Below, in pieces: positions 16,197 to 24,226 of a stretch of 36,118 nt of DNA. Origin of the DNA: a virus. The stretch covers positions 1-36,118 of IMG/VR virus record IMGVR_UViG_2788499801_000001, one strand, 5' to 3'. Each line of letters opens with the position of its first letter. Within the stretch, counting starts at the first letter, position 1. A program made the position numbers and the translations under genes. The notes under the pieces are model-generated. The model was not told where the DNA came from and searched no databases. It saw only the letters and a list, made by a program, of their open reading frames with translations.

Positions 16197-16225
16197 TTGA
16201 CTATGGTTAAAATGTTTTGTATAGT
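16197..16225 (+). promoter_or_regulatory. Rightward early promoter candidate
   Basis: TTGACT (16197-16202), a 17-nt spacer, then TATAGT (16220-16225), which is near-consensus sigma70. An ATG at 16232 lies 6 nt after the -10. Confidence 0.6.
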
Positions 16226-16280
16226 GACCTCATGAAATCAATTTTAGAAACACATTTTTGCGGCAACGGGGTTTTTCTCA

Positions 16281-16826
16281 ATGGATAAGGTCGGAATGCT
16301 TTACATAGTAAGCGTTCGTATGGTCAAGAGATCGACCAACGAGAAAATCAAGCAGCGGCTATTAATGGTTGGCTGTGAAAAGCGCGACATTGCCAGAAAG
16401 ATTAAGTGGATTGTTGATGGCTCAAAATACAACGAAGTATCTATTACTGAAGTCGTAAAAGTCAGACAGAAAGTCCACTTGTTATCAACAGTCACCACCC
16501 AAGCAAATGAACTGACCGGTCCTGTAATTACGCAAGGCGAGACATCAAGAGTTGTTCGCCAGGTTACGGCGAGAGGTAACGACTACAAACCCAACCTATA
16601 CGCAGTTGGTATCACAACCACAATGCTCGGCAAGGATGAAGATCACGCCTTGAGAAAAGTGGGTCATGCGGTTGTTTCATCTGTTTCAGATTTCGATTCG
16701 CACAAAGGCGCGTCACTGAGTGCTGATTCTAAGGTGGTCATTGAGGAAATACCGCACAAAAGCAGAACCGCAACCGCAAGGGACGTTAGCAACGAAATCA
16801 ACGATGCCCATTTTGTCAGGGGTTAA
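16281..16826 (+). CDS. Hypothetical protein; first long gene of the rightward operon
   Basis: 181 aa. No HTH recognised. An alternative start at ATG 16296 has AAGG 7 nt upstream. Confidence 0.65.
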   Translation: MDKVGMLYIVSVRMVKRSTNEKIKQRLLMVGCEKRDIARKIKWIVDGSKYNEVSITEVVKVRQKVHLLSTVTTQANELTGPVITQGETSRVVRQVTARGNDYKPNLYAVGITTTMLGKDEDHALRKVGHAVVSSVSDFDSHKGASLSADSKVVIEEIPHKSRTATARDVSNEINDAHFVRG

Positions 16827-16915
16827 ACGCATGAAATCAATTACCGCCACCCGCAACCAAGCAGCACCGACCCACGGCAATACCGCTGTGGGTGGGCCGC
16901 TGCAAGAGGTGTGAA

Positions 16916-17020
16916 ATGAACCCATCACTCGGAACAGTCAGAAAAGCAGCAGTAGTAATCATCGCTGTCAGTCTGCTTTCAATTGCTGGAAATGTACTGG
17001 TCTTTATCAATATTTTTTGA
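16916..17020 (+). CDS. 34-aa single-TM micro-protein (MNPSLGTVRKAAVVIIAVSLLSIAGNVLVFINIF)
   Basis: Below the track cutoff. AGAGG SD 7 nt upstream. Followed after 7 nt by the next gene. Confidence 0.4.
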   Translation: MNPSLGTVRKAAVVIIAVSLLSIAGNVLVFINIF

Positions 17021-17027
17021 GGTTGAA

Positions 17028-17213
17028 ATGAACATTGAAGAACCGTGGCTTGATCACTCGCAACTTTCTATAGAAAGGATAGAACCGCCCGAATATATTC
17101 AAACCATTCTAAAGGACATTATTAAGCAAAACTCTGAAATCCTCAGACTGAATGCATTGATAGCCGAAGGGTTTAAAGCACCTGTATTTAAAGTAGAGGA
17201 GACAGGAAAATGA
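17028..17213 (+). CDS. Hypothetical protein
   Basis: 61 aa from ATG 17028, with GAGG 5 nt upstream. The track ORF from 16983 is probably too long. ATGA overlap with the next gene. Confidence 0.6.
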   Translation: MNIEEPWLDHSQLSIERIEPPEYIQTILKDIIKQNSEILRLNALIAEGFKAPVFKVEETGK

Positions 17214-17599
17214 AAACAAAAGAATTCGCACCCGCGGACCAATTCAAAATGGACACCGATGAGGACTGCCGTAGAATCCTCAACGGCCATGACTACCCCG
17301 TCAAGTCCGGTATGCTTCAAGCCTCAGCCCAGATACTCAGACGCGCCGTAGTCCGGTTATCGCGTGAGTTAAAAAGGCTTGATCCTGGCAACTACCAGCT
17401 AGTCGAAGCTAAAATTGACCTTGGGTTGACGGAATATCTGGTTCGTCGGGAATCAATGATGCCCGGTGACGCAAAGCATATTAGTCAACAGGATCGTGTG
17501 TTGGAAAACGGCAAAACTAAAACAGCTACGGGATTTGTTGAAGATCCTGTATGCACCGACATCCGCGACATGGATGGTTATGGAAAAGAGGGATTCTGA
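17210..17599 (+). CDS. Hypothetical protein
   Basis: 129 aa. GGAG SD. ATGA overlap with the upstream stop. Confidence 0.7.
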   Translation: MKTKEFAPADQFKMDTDEDCRRILNGHDYPVKSGMLQASAQILRRAVVRLSRELKRLDPGNYQLVEAKIDLGLTEYLVRRESMMPGDAKHISQQDRVLENGKTKTATGFVEDPVCTDIRDMDGYGKEGF

Positions 17600-17600
17600 A

Positions 17601-17819
17601 ATGAACGACTTTAACGCATTTGCAGCACAAGACGGTGCAGATTATGGCGCCTGGCTTGATTTTATCCATGAGGATATTGATCTGATCAGCTTGCCGGTAT
17701 TGACACAGATGCAGGCTGATTTGAAGGACGCAATTATCAAACGCCGCACATCTGATATTAACGAAATTGAGCAGGGCATGATTGATGTTGTTCGCCCTAC
17801 CTATAACGAACCATTCTAA
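17601..17819 (+). CDS. Hypothetical acidic protein
   Basis: 72 aa from ATG 17601, with GAGGGA upstream, starting 1 nt after the previous stop. The track ORF from 17466 overlaps the preceding gene. Confidence 0.6.
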   Translation: MNDFNAFAAQDGADYGAWLDFIHEDIDLISLPVLTQMQADLKDAIIKRRTSDINEIEQGMIDVVRPTYNEPF

Positions 17820-17830
17820 AGGAGTACATC

Positions 17831-18175
17831 ATGGATATGAATCAGTTTGCAGGAAGTGAAAGCCGGTTTTTAAAGGCCGCAGACTTACAGGGCAAATCAA
17901 TCAAGGTCACGATATCAGGAGTTGAACTGGTTGAATTTGAAAATGATGATGGTCACAAATCACAGAAACCGTGCCTGAAATTACAGGGCAAGGAAAAAAT
18001 GATTGTGTGTAATCCAACCAGCGTCATGGAGTTGGGCACCAATTACGGTTTTGAATCTGATGATTGGGTTGGCAAGAATATCGGTTTAAGCACCAAGCAC
18101 TATCAATCGTTAGGCAAAGATGGCCTGGTTATTACGGCTGAAAAGACCTTTACCGATGATGAGATACCCTTCTGA
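17831..18175 (+). CDS. SSB-like small protein with a C-terminal DDEIPF acidic tip
   Basis: 114 aa. AAGGAG SD. The beta-rich body ends in ...TFTDDEIPF, close to the E. coli SSB C-terminal DDDIPF partner-binding tip. Confidence 0.5.
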   Translation: MDMNQFAGSESRFLKAADLQGKSIKVTISGVELVEFENDDGHKSQKPCLKLQGKEKMIVCNPTSVMELGTNYGFESDDWVGKNIGLSTKHYQSLGKDGLVITAEKTFTDDEIPF

Positions 18176-18660
18176 TGAAACTGTACGAACTATCACATCA
18201 AATGGTTGGACTGAAATCGCTGATTGAAGAAGGCGAAATGGACAGTGATGCTTTGGCCGATACCCTTGATGCGCTTGAGGGTGATATTCAAGTTAAAGCG
18301 GAAAGCCTGTTGGGTTATGTGGCCAATCTGGCCTCGGACGTTGACGCTATCAACATAGAGATTAACCGCTTGCAGGCACGTAAGAAAACCATTGCCAACA
18401 GGCAGAATGGATTACGGGAATATCTCAGAACTAACATGATTGCTGCTGAGATTAAAAAGATCACCTGTCCACTGTTTTCAATCACGTTGAGAAAGGCCGC
18501 GCAAGCCGTTTCTGTCGATGATATGGCGTTACTGCTACCCAAGTACCAGAAACGCACCGTAACGGCTGATATGGCGCTTATAAAGGCTGATTTAAAGGCA
18601 GGAAAAGATGTGCCTGGCTGTCGGCTGATTGATGGCAAACAAGGGTTGCTGATCAAATGA
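18175..18660 (+). CDS. Gp157-family protein (Sipho_Gp157-like)
   Basis: 161 aa. MKLYELSHQM...DTLDALEGDIQVKAESL...INRLQARKKTIANRQNGLREYL matches my memory of the Gp157 family coiled-coil pattern. Confidence 0.6.
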   Translation: MKLYELSHQMVGLKSLIEEGEMDSDALADTLDALEGDIQVKAESLLGYVANLASDVDAINIEINRLQARKKTIANRQNGLREYLRTNMIAAEIKKITCPLFSITLRKAAQAVSVDDMALLLPKYQKRTVTADMALIKADLKAGKDVPGCRLIDGKQGLLIK

Positions 18661-18986
18661 ACCAGCCTGAATTTTTATTCAAGTACGCCAGTGAACACCG
18701 TGCAATCTGGGTGCTGATGAGAGATCCACTGGCGTTTAAATCTATCACTCCCGGCTGGCTGTTAAAGAACAAGCCTGTATGGCAAGAGTTTCATTCCAGA
18801 ACGGAAGCCTTAAGGCGTGTTGGCCGTGATCACTTTGGAGCCAAGGCTATTTATGAAGCCATGCGCTATGACTCTGCAATCAATGATTCTGAAACCACAT
18901 TCAAGCTGAACAACAATTCTGTATCGGGCCTGGCGCGTTTATATAACGCTGTATCTGGTGTTGACTACTTTGAGACACGAACATGA
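18657..18986 (+). CDS. Hypothetical protein
   Basis: 109 aa. ATGA overlap with the upstream stop. Confidence 0.7.
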   Translation: MNQPEFLFKYASEHRAIWVLMRDPLAFKSITPGWLLKNKPVWQEFHSRTEALRRVGRDHFGAKAIYEAMRYDSAINDSETTFKLNNNSVSGLARLYNAVSGVDYFETRT

Positions 18987-19051
18987 TTACCCCCCGCTGC
19001 CTTTGGTGAAAATCCCCCTTAAGCTGAGGGCGGTGGGGTCTTAACAAGAGG

Positions 19052-19396
19052 ATGATGAAAATGAACAAACATGACTTAACAGGGCATCAGATCGGCAACG
19101 CTCTCTCGCGGAGTCAGGTTGGGGGATCAATAGCTGAGGCACCAGCGCAAATTACACCACTGCAGGGTTTTGAAAAGCGTATTTGGGGTGAAATTGAAAT
19201 TGTGCGTGAACTTACACACAGTCTTTGCGCTGTCAGCAACCGGATAATGGGTAATCAGCCCGAATGCGCACCTAGTGGAGGGGACACCCCCGAACCTGAT
19301 TGCGAATATGCAAGAATGGACGCAGTACTAAATGAATTAAAGGATGTCAACAAAGTCCTGGCCCTGGAAGTCGCTCGGATACGTGACGGAATGTGA
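19052..19396 (+). CDS. Hypothetical protein
   Basis: 114 aa as tracked. Three in-frame ATGs (19052, 19055, 19061) follow a GAGG, and 19061 has the best spacing. Confidence 0.65.
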   Translation: MMKMNKHDLTGHQIGNALSRSQVGGSIAEAPAQITPLQGFEKRIWGEIEIVRELTHSLCAVSNRIMGNQPECAPSGGDTPEPDCEYARMDAVLNELKDVNKVLALEVARIRDGM

Positions 19397-19424
19397 GAGC
19401 GATTGAAAAACACGGGACAGGATA

Positions 19425-19601
19425 ATGAAACGCGGCAAATACTGTAATACGTGTGGACTATGGAATTGGAACGGGTGGGAAAAATGCTCTTATTGTTGCC
19501 GCCCGTTTTATGACAACACCAAGCTGGTTTTGTGGCTCAAAGCCGCGCTGATTGTGGTTGTGTGTGTTTCGGTGTGGATGATATTAGAGGGATTAACATG
19601 A
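19425..19601 (+). CDS. 58-aa membrane-anchored zinc-ribbon protein
   Basis: Below the track cutoff. MKRGKYCNTCG...CSYCC followed by the TM segment LVLWLKAALIVVVCVSVWMIL. Last ORF of the rightward operon. Confidence 0.45.
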   Translation: MKRGKYCNTCGLWNWNGWEKCSYCCRPFYDNTKLVLWLKAALIVVVCVSVWMILEGLT

Positions 19602-19621
19602 GAAAAGAAACCAAAGTAAAC

Positions 19622-20155
19622 TCAGACCATAGCGGCCATTAAAGCGCCTCTTTTGCCTTCGGGTGTAAGGTACTCAACAACAACAGTTGCAGATTTGATG
19701 TAGACATCTGCGGTAGATGTGCTTAGCCCAACTTCGATTTTAAATTTTAATGAGCCGTCTTTTATTTTATTAATTATTTCCGTATCGGAATATGAACCCA
19801 ATCCCCACCACGCCTTATCACCGTCCGGTGTTCTTGAACCATATGTGTCATCGACTGTATCGGCCCACGTAGCGCGTCTTGATGCCAGATTAGTACCTGC
19901 ATACCAGGTAGCGGTTGAGGGCAGAAAAAAATTCAACTTGGTCGTTACATACAACGTCATATAAGTGAAATATGAACCATTAGGAACAATTTCTTGTGGT
20001 ACCGACAGAAATATGTCATTGGCCTCACCACCAGCGCTAAGCGAAGCCGTTGCCTCGCCCTCAGTCGGATATGGCATGTTAGATAGCCCACTCCATACCG
20101 CATCACTACCGGATTGTGAAACAGTTAAAAAACCGTTCTTGGTTGTTGATGGCAT
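19622..20155 (-). CDS. Hypothetical tail-associated protein (distal fibre or accessory candidate); last late gene
   Basis: 177 aa. The start abuts the fibre gene stop (TAAATG). Beta-rich. The region looks AT-richer than its neighbours. Confidence 0.6.
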   Translation of the reverse strand: MPSTTKNGFLTVSQSGSDAVWSGLSNMPYPTEGEATASLSAGGEANDIFLSVPQEIVPNGSYFTYMTLYVTTKLNFFLPSTATWYAGTNLASRRATWADTVDDTYGSRTPDGDKAWWGLGSYSDTEIINKIKDGSLKFKIEVGLSTSTADVYIKSATVVVEYLTPEGKRGALMAAMV

Positions 20156-20956
20156 TTATGCAGTTACCCAAGTAAATTGAACATAGCGGGTTGTGCCGTT
20201 TAATACCCAAACCTGGTAAACAAGCGAATAAATCTCAGTTGCACCGGTTGGCCGTGAACCAATTTCCTCGGTATCATCAGCCGTAACACTCAAAGTTATT
20301 GCACCGTGGCCGCTTTGATTACGCATTAAAATAACGCCCTGGGTACAAAAGTCATTGCCCAGGTCCGTATCCGCAGCCGCAGCCGGAATAGTGAAATTCA
20401 ATGTCATAGCCTGGTCATTAGCTAAAAAGAACCGTGAGTCTGCCGTAACATCTACCGCCACCGTTCCACCCGCTGTTAACTCATTGACTGCATAGTAAGT
20501 CGTATCCAGTATACGTAAATCAGTAATCGGTGTGGTGTTGGTGGTAAATGTCTTTTTGCCTGTAATGGTCTGATCACCAGCTATCGTAACCTCACCCGCT
20601 GAGGCTATACCGGATAGCTCCTGTGTTACTTTGCCGCCATCCTCGAAATTAACCTCCAGGATAGTGCCATCAAGCGAAAGGCTTGCAACATCCTCATCCC
20701 ATCGGCCAGCATCACCCGTTGCCGCGCCCTCAGCCATATTGGTGACTTTGTTATCACCCATGTCAGCCTCGCCGGTGAAAGCATTTGAGCCGTCCTTGTT
20801 AACACAAGCATTGATCCCGTCTTTTAAATCCTCATCATGCGTATCGTGTTCTGTGCTGGAAATAGTTGCATCGCCATCGGTTGCACTATCATTCCAGATT
20901 GTTGAGCCTGTATGCACGGCTCCCGCCCTTGTATAATTTCCACCACTCCAAGGCAT
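20156..20956 (-). CDS. Tail fibre protein
   Basis: 266 aa. The N-terminal pattern W.D...DG..I....HD.HDEDLKDGIN.C.NKDGSN.FTG...MG.NK.TN resembles conserved phage fibre N-termini. Confidence 0.55.
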   Translation of the reverse strand: MPWSGGNYTRAGAVHTGSTIWNDSATDGDATISSTEHDTHDEDLKDGINACVNKDGSNAFTGEADMGDNKVTNMAEGAATGDAGRWDEDVASLSLDGTILEVNFEDGGKVTQELSGIASAGEVTIAGDQTITGKKTFTTNTTPITDLRILDTTYYAVNELTAGGTVAVDVTADSRFFLANDQAMTLNFTIPAAAADTDLGNDFCTQGVILMRNQSGHGAITLSVTADDTEEIGSRPTGATEIYSLVYQVWVLNGTTRYVQFTWVTA

Positions 20957-22453
20957 TTAGACTACTCCTGCTTGTTTGACATAAATATGGGCGGCATACC
21001 AGATAAACCGCTGTGCGCGTGATCTGAGCCGTAATGTGTGAGATAAGGCATAACCGAACCCCTCTGCGTTTCTTCGCTCTGTAACCGTACCTAAAGCCCC
21101 ACCACCCCATTGCGCGACATCCCATTCTCCCACATCCCAATCGCTCGGTTCCGGTTCTGGTGGGTCAACAATAGCGGGTAAATCTTCCTCGTTATAATCA
21201 GCCCAGAACTCGCTATGTAGGTATTTGGGGTATTGATAATTGCTTTGAACCTCGATTGCCGTGACCTGTTTTTTAATCCCAGTATCACCCATATAGCTAT
21301 ATGCCTGTGTGCCGCGCATATCTATAAAACCGCCATCGTCACTACCGCCACCATATCGGTATACGTACCCATCGGTTGCAGCAAAATACAAATTACCATC
21401 GTGGGCGGCAAATGATGTTGCATCAATGCCGGTAAATTTAGTCCATGCGCCTGTGGTGGTGTTTCTTACGTGTTGGACGCTCTCTGTAGCCGAAATAGGG
21501 ACATTGACAATAAATAAAGAACCACCTGTATATAAAGTAGCCTCCCATCCAAAATTATCACCCCATGTTTGTGCCGCATCTGAGGCCGCAGGCGAGATTT
21601 TAAGAGAATAATGAGAGTTTTCAGAATACCGCCCATCCTGTACCGCAGCGGATAAAACCAAATAACCGTCCTTGGTGAGAATGATTACATCACCGCCTAA
21701 GGAAATTGTAGGGTAATTACCGCTTATAGGCTCACCAATCGTATAAATGCCCACTAAAGCGAAATCTGAACCTGGATCTGAACCGGAATAAACCAGCACC
21801 TCCCCGGTAGACATTAAAACTACAAAATAATCATCCGGGCCAGCACCGCCATCACGCGTCCATGTAAGACACGAAACAACATATCCGCCCTTGGTAAATT
21901 CTGTTAACGGAAACTCTGTTATAGCCCCTGTATACGCCCCTGCACCCGCATACCAGAATGATTGTGGGTTTGATCCTGCTGGTTTTTCCCAGTAGTACAC
22001 CCTGCCCTTATAGGTAACGCTGCCTGCAAGCTCTGTAACAGTCGGGCCTGACAATGTAGCCAATATCGCAACAGTCGTGCCATCAAACTCCATTGGCGTA
22101 TCTGCCGAATTACAGAATATCAACTTGTCCTTGTAACCGTTTGTGTGCCATTTGTTGTTGGTAAATGCACCGATTGCCCCGGTTAAATCACTACCGGCTC
22201 CGGCAGTTGTCACATCGTATATATTGCCGTTTGCAGCTAACAGTAGCTTGGGGGTAGAGGCATTGTACGAAACAAGCGTCTGAGCGCCTGTAAGCGCCGG
22301 AGTGGTGTGTTTAACGTACCCATCCCTGCTACGGCACTCGGTAGCTTGTGGGATGATGTTATCCAGCACAATAGCGTCTGTGATTGGCATTTCAGTCAAT
22401 GCTGAAATAGCGTTCCATCCGCCTGTTGGACTTGGTAAAACCACTCCGCTCAT
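20957..22453 (-). CDS. Tail tubular / nozzle-like protein (beta-propeller-like)
   Basis: 498 aa. The N-terminal LPSPTGGWNAISALTEMPITDAIVLDNIIP resembles podovirus tail tube B/nozzle homologues I recall. Lies between the adaptor-like and fibre genes. Confidence 0.4.
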   Translation of the reverse strand: MSGVVLPSPTGGWNAISALTEMPITDAIVLDNIIPQATECRSRDGYVKHTTPALTGAQTLVSYNASTPKLLLAANGNIYDVTTAGAGSDLTGAIGAFTNNKWHTNGYKDKLIFCNSADTPMEFDGTTVAILATLSGPTVTELAGSVTYKGRVYYWEKPAGSNPQSFWYAGAGAYTGAITEFPLTEFTKGGYVVSCLTWTRDGGAGPDDYFVVLMSTGEVLVYSGSDPGSDFALVGIYTIGEPISGNYPTISLGGDVIILTKDGYLVLSAAVQDGRYSENSHYSLKISPAASDAAQTWGDNFGWEATLYTGGSLFIVNVPISATESVQHVRNTTTGAWTKFTGIDATSFAAHDGNLYFAATDGYVYRYGGGSDDGGFIDMRGTQAYSYMGDTGIKKQVTAIEVQSNYQYPKYLHSEFWADYNEEDLPAIVDPPEPEPSDWDVGEWDVAQWGGGALGTVTERRNAEGFGYALSHTLRLRSRAQRFIWYAAHIYVKQAGVV

Positions 22454-23142
22454 GTTGTGATGTACAACTGGGTGTGCGGCTCACCGACTGGGTAGGCTGA
22501 ACCATCACTGCCGATAATGGTTTTGGCCGCTGCCTGCTGACCCTGGACGGTCTTTTTATAGTCGTTCCAATCAGCACGATCTATCTGCCAATCGGGGAGT
22601 GCTAACAACTTTTTATACCGCCATACAAGATCCATTGTCAGCAGGTCATCATCGAGCCGCCATACATCATCATCGGCAGTGAATGACTTTTTACTGGTTC
22701 CGCTTGCGCTCTCTACCGGATGATCAGTCAGATATTCAAATGTAATCTGATCATTGGCCTGGGGTTGGTATACCTGGATTTTATTGCCAATCACCCGCAT
22801 ACGATAACGTGGACCAGTGCCGGTGGTATTTACCTGCAAGTAATGCCACAACTGGGGGCGTGTACGCATATCAACGCCAAACAGGTACGAATCTACAAAG
22901 GTCGTATCCGCCACAAATGCCCTGAAATCATCCGGCATATCATATTCAGTATCTGCGGTTAAACTGAATGTGTATGTACGTAAAAGCGCCTGCCACTCAT
23001 AACCCGTAGCCAGCCGCCTTGCTGATCGGTTTGCAAGCGACAACAACCGCAACACAGAATCTTTATTAGCTGTTGCATATGCGGTTTCAGTACCTAACCC
23101 ACTCTCAAGCAGTACATCATCCAGTATGGTTTTAAGTGTCAT
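22450..23142 (-). CDS. Head-tail adaptor / tail tubular A-like protein
   Basis: 230 aa. ATGA overlap with the next gene. The call rests on position between the head and tail genes. Confidence 0.35.
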   Translation of the reverse strand: MTLKTILDDVLLESGLGTETAYATANKDSVLRLLSLANRSARRLATGYEWQALLRTYTFSLTADTEYDMPDDFRAFVADTTFVDSYLFGVDMRTRPQLWHYLQVNTTGTGPRYRMRVIGNKIQVYQPQANDQITFEYLTDHPVESASGTSKKSFTADDDVWRLDDDLLTMDLVWRYKKLLALPDWQIDRADWNDYKKTVQGQQAAAKTIIGSDGSAYPVGEPHTQLYITT

Positions 23143-23748
23143 TTACATCTCCATTGAGAATGTTATGTTTTCTTGCGGGATACTTTTTTCCGCGTAGCCT
23201 TTTTGCGTGTAGCTTTCTTCTTTGAGACTTTCTTTTTCGTGGCTTTCTTTACCTCCACCGGCCCCAACAATTCCCAGAACTCGTGCAGGCTGGATGTTCG
23301 CGTCACCTTGTACCGAAACCCGTCCTTTGTCTTTATGCTCACTTCTCGCATTTAAAATACTCCTGGCTAATTCAGCCCATTCGGGAAATAAATCCTGCTC
23401 AATCAACTGAGCAAGGTTGTAAATACTTACCGCTTTCATTTCAAACAGCGTTGCCATATCAATACCCGGCAACAATGCACAGCGCGGTACTTTCAAATTC
23501 TCTTTGACTTTCAGATAGTGCGCCCATTCATCGGGAAACTCTGCTTTATCATCGTTTAACATCTTGCGTTGGAAATTCTGTGTATCTAACGATGTTTTTG
23601 ATGTTTTTGAGATATACACAGCATTTTTAAATCGTGGTCTGTCATCACTTTCTATCGCAACAGCGTGATCAAAAAAATACACGGTTGGTTTGGCACTGTG
23701 GTCAAATTCCGGCCCCAGTTGCGCCCTGAACCCATCTTCAATACTCAT
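23143..23748 (-). CDS. Hypothetical virion-module protein
   Basis: 201 aa from ATG 23748, with GGGAGAGG upstream. The TTG at 23760 lies in the terminator U-tract. K/E-rich C-terminus. Confidence 0.65.
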   Translation of the reverse strand: MSIEDGFRAQLGPEFDHSAKPTVYFFDHAVAIESDDRPRFKNAVYISKTSKTSLDTQNFQRKMLNDDKAEFPDEWAHYLKVKENLKVPRCALLPGIDMATLFEMKAVSIYNLAQLIEQDLFPEWAELARSILNARSEHKDKGRVSVQGDANIQPARVLGIVGAGGGKESHEKESLKEESYTQKGYAEKSIPQENITFSMEM

Positions 23749-23757
23749 GTCCTCTCC

Positions 23758-23782
23758 CAAAGGAAAAGCCCCTTACGGGGCT
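23758..23782 (-). terminator. Rho-independent terminator (probably partial) after the capsid/decoration genes
   Basis: Minus strand reads AGCCCC-GTAA-GGGGCT, a perfect 6-bp GC-rich stem, followed by TTTTCCTTT. Confidence 0.6.
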
Positions 23783-23796
23783 AATCCATATTGCTT

Positions 23797-24216
23797 TTAA
23801 CCTACTGCTGGGGCCGTAGCACCATCAGCATCATTACCCAGTTCAAGAATGCGCCAATAACCCGCGCCGTCATCGTCTTGGTCAACCCACTGAAGGATTG
23901 CAAAATCACCCGCATCAGCATACGTAATCACATCAAGAGAAGCGGATACAGGAGATGCAAGGGTTAGCGTAGAAGTACCGCCGTCCACAATCATCTGTAC
24001 CTTTTTCATCTGTCCGGACATCGTGCCATCAGCAAGCGTCCAGGCATCAGTAGATGTACTGGTCATTGCGGAGTAATAGCAAGCTACACTTACCGCACCA
24101 GCACCACTGACAGCTTCTGGAGCTGCATCAATGTATACAGGGATAATGAAATCTGGAGTCTGTGAGGATTCCAGCACAATTGCTCTGCCATCAGAGCCAC
24201 ATTGAATATTTCTCAT
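23797..24216 (-). CDS. Head decoration / cement protein candidate
   Basis: 139 aa from ATG 24216, with AAGGAG 6 nt upstream. The track start at 24246 overlaps the capsid gene. Beta-rich. Immediately after the major capsid gene and before the terminator. Confidence 0.4.
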   Translation of the reverse strand: MRNIQCGSDGRAIVLESSQTPDFIIPVYIDAAPEAVSGAGAVSVACYYSAMTSTSTDAWTLADGTMSGQMKKVQMIVDGGTSTLTLASPVSASLDVITYADAGDFAILQWVDQDDDGAGYWRILELGNDADGATAPAVG

Positions 24217-24226
24217 GTCATGCTCC

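Noticed and set aside
16720-16914. 64-aa plus-strand ORF overlapping the end of the 181-aa gene
   Set aside because: Its first two-thirds overlap the 181-aa gene out of frame. At most the last 27 codons (ATG 16830, MKSITATRNQ...) could be independent, and I have no support for that.
18987-19051. Imperfect long-range stem (ACCCCCCGC...GCGGTGGGGT) between two rightward genes, as a possible terminator
   Set aside because: The stem is bulged, the loop is ~27 nt, and there is no U-tract. It is more likely incidental, or at most a weak RNA structure.
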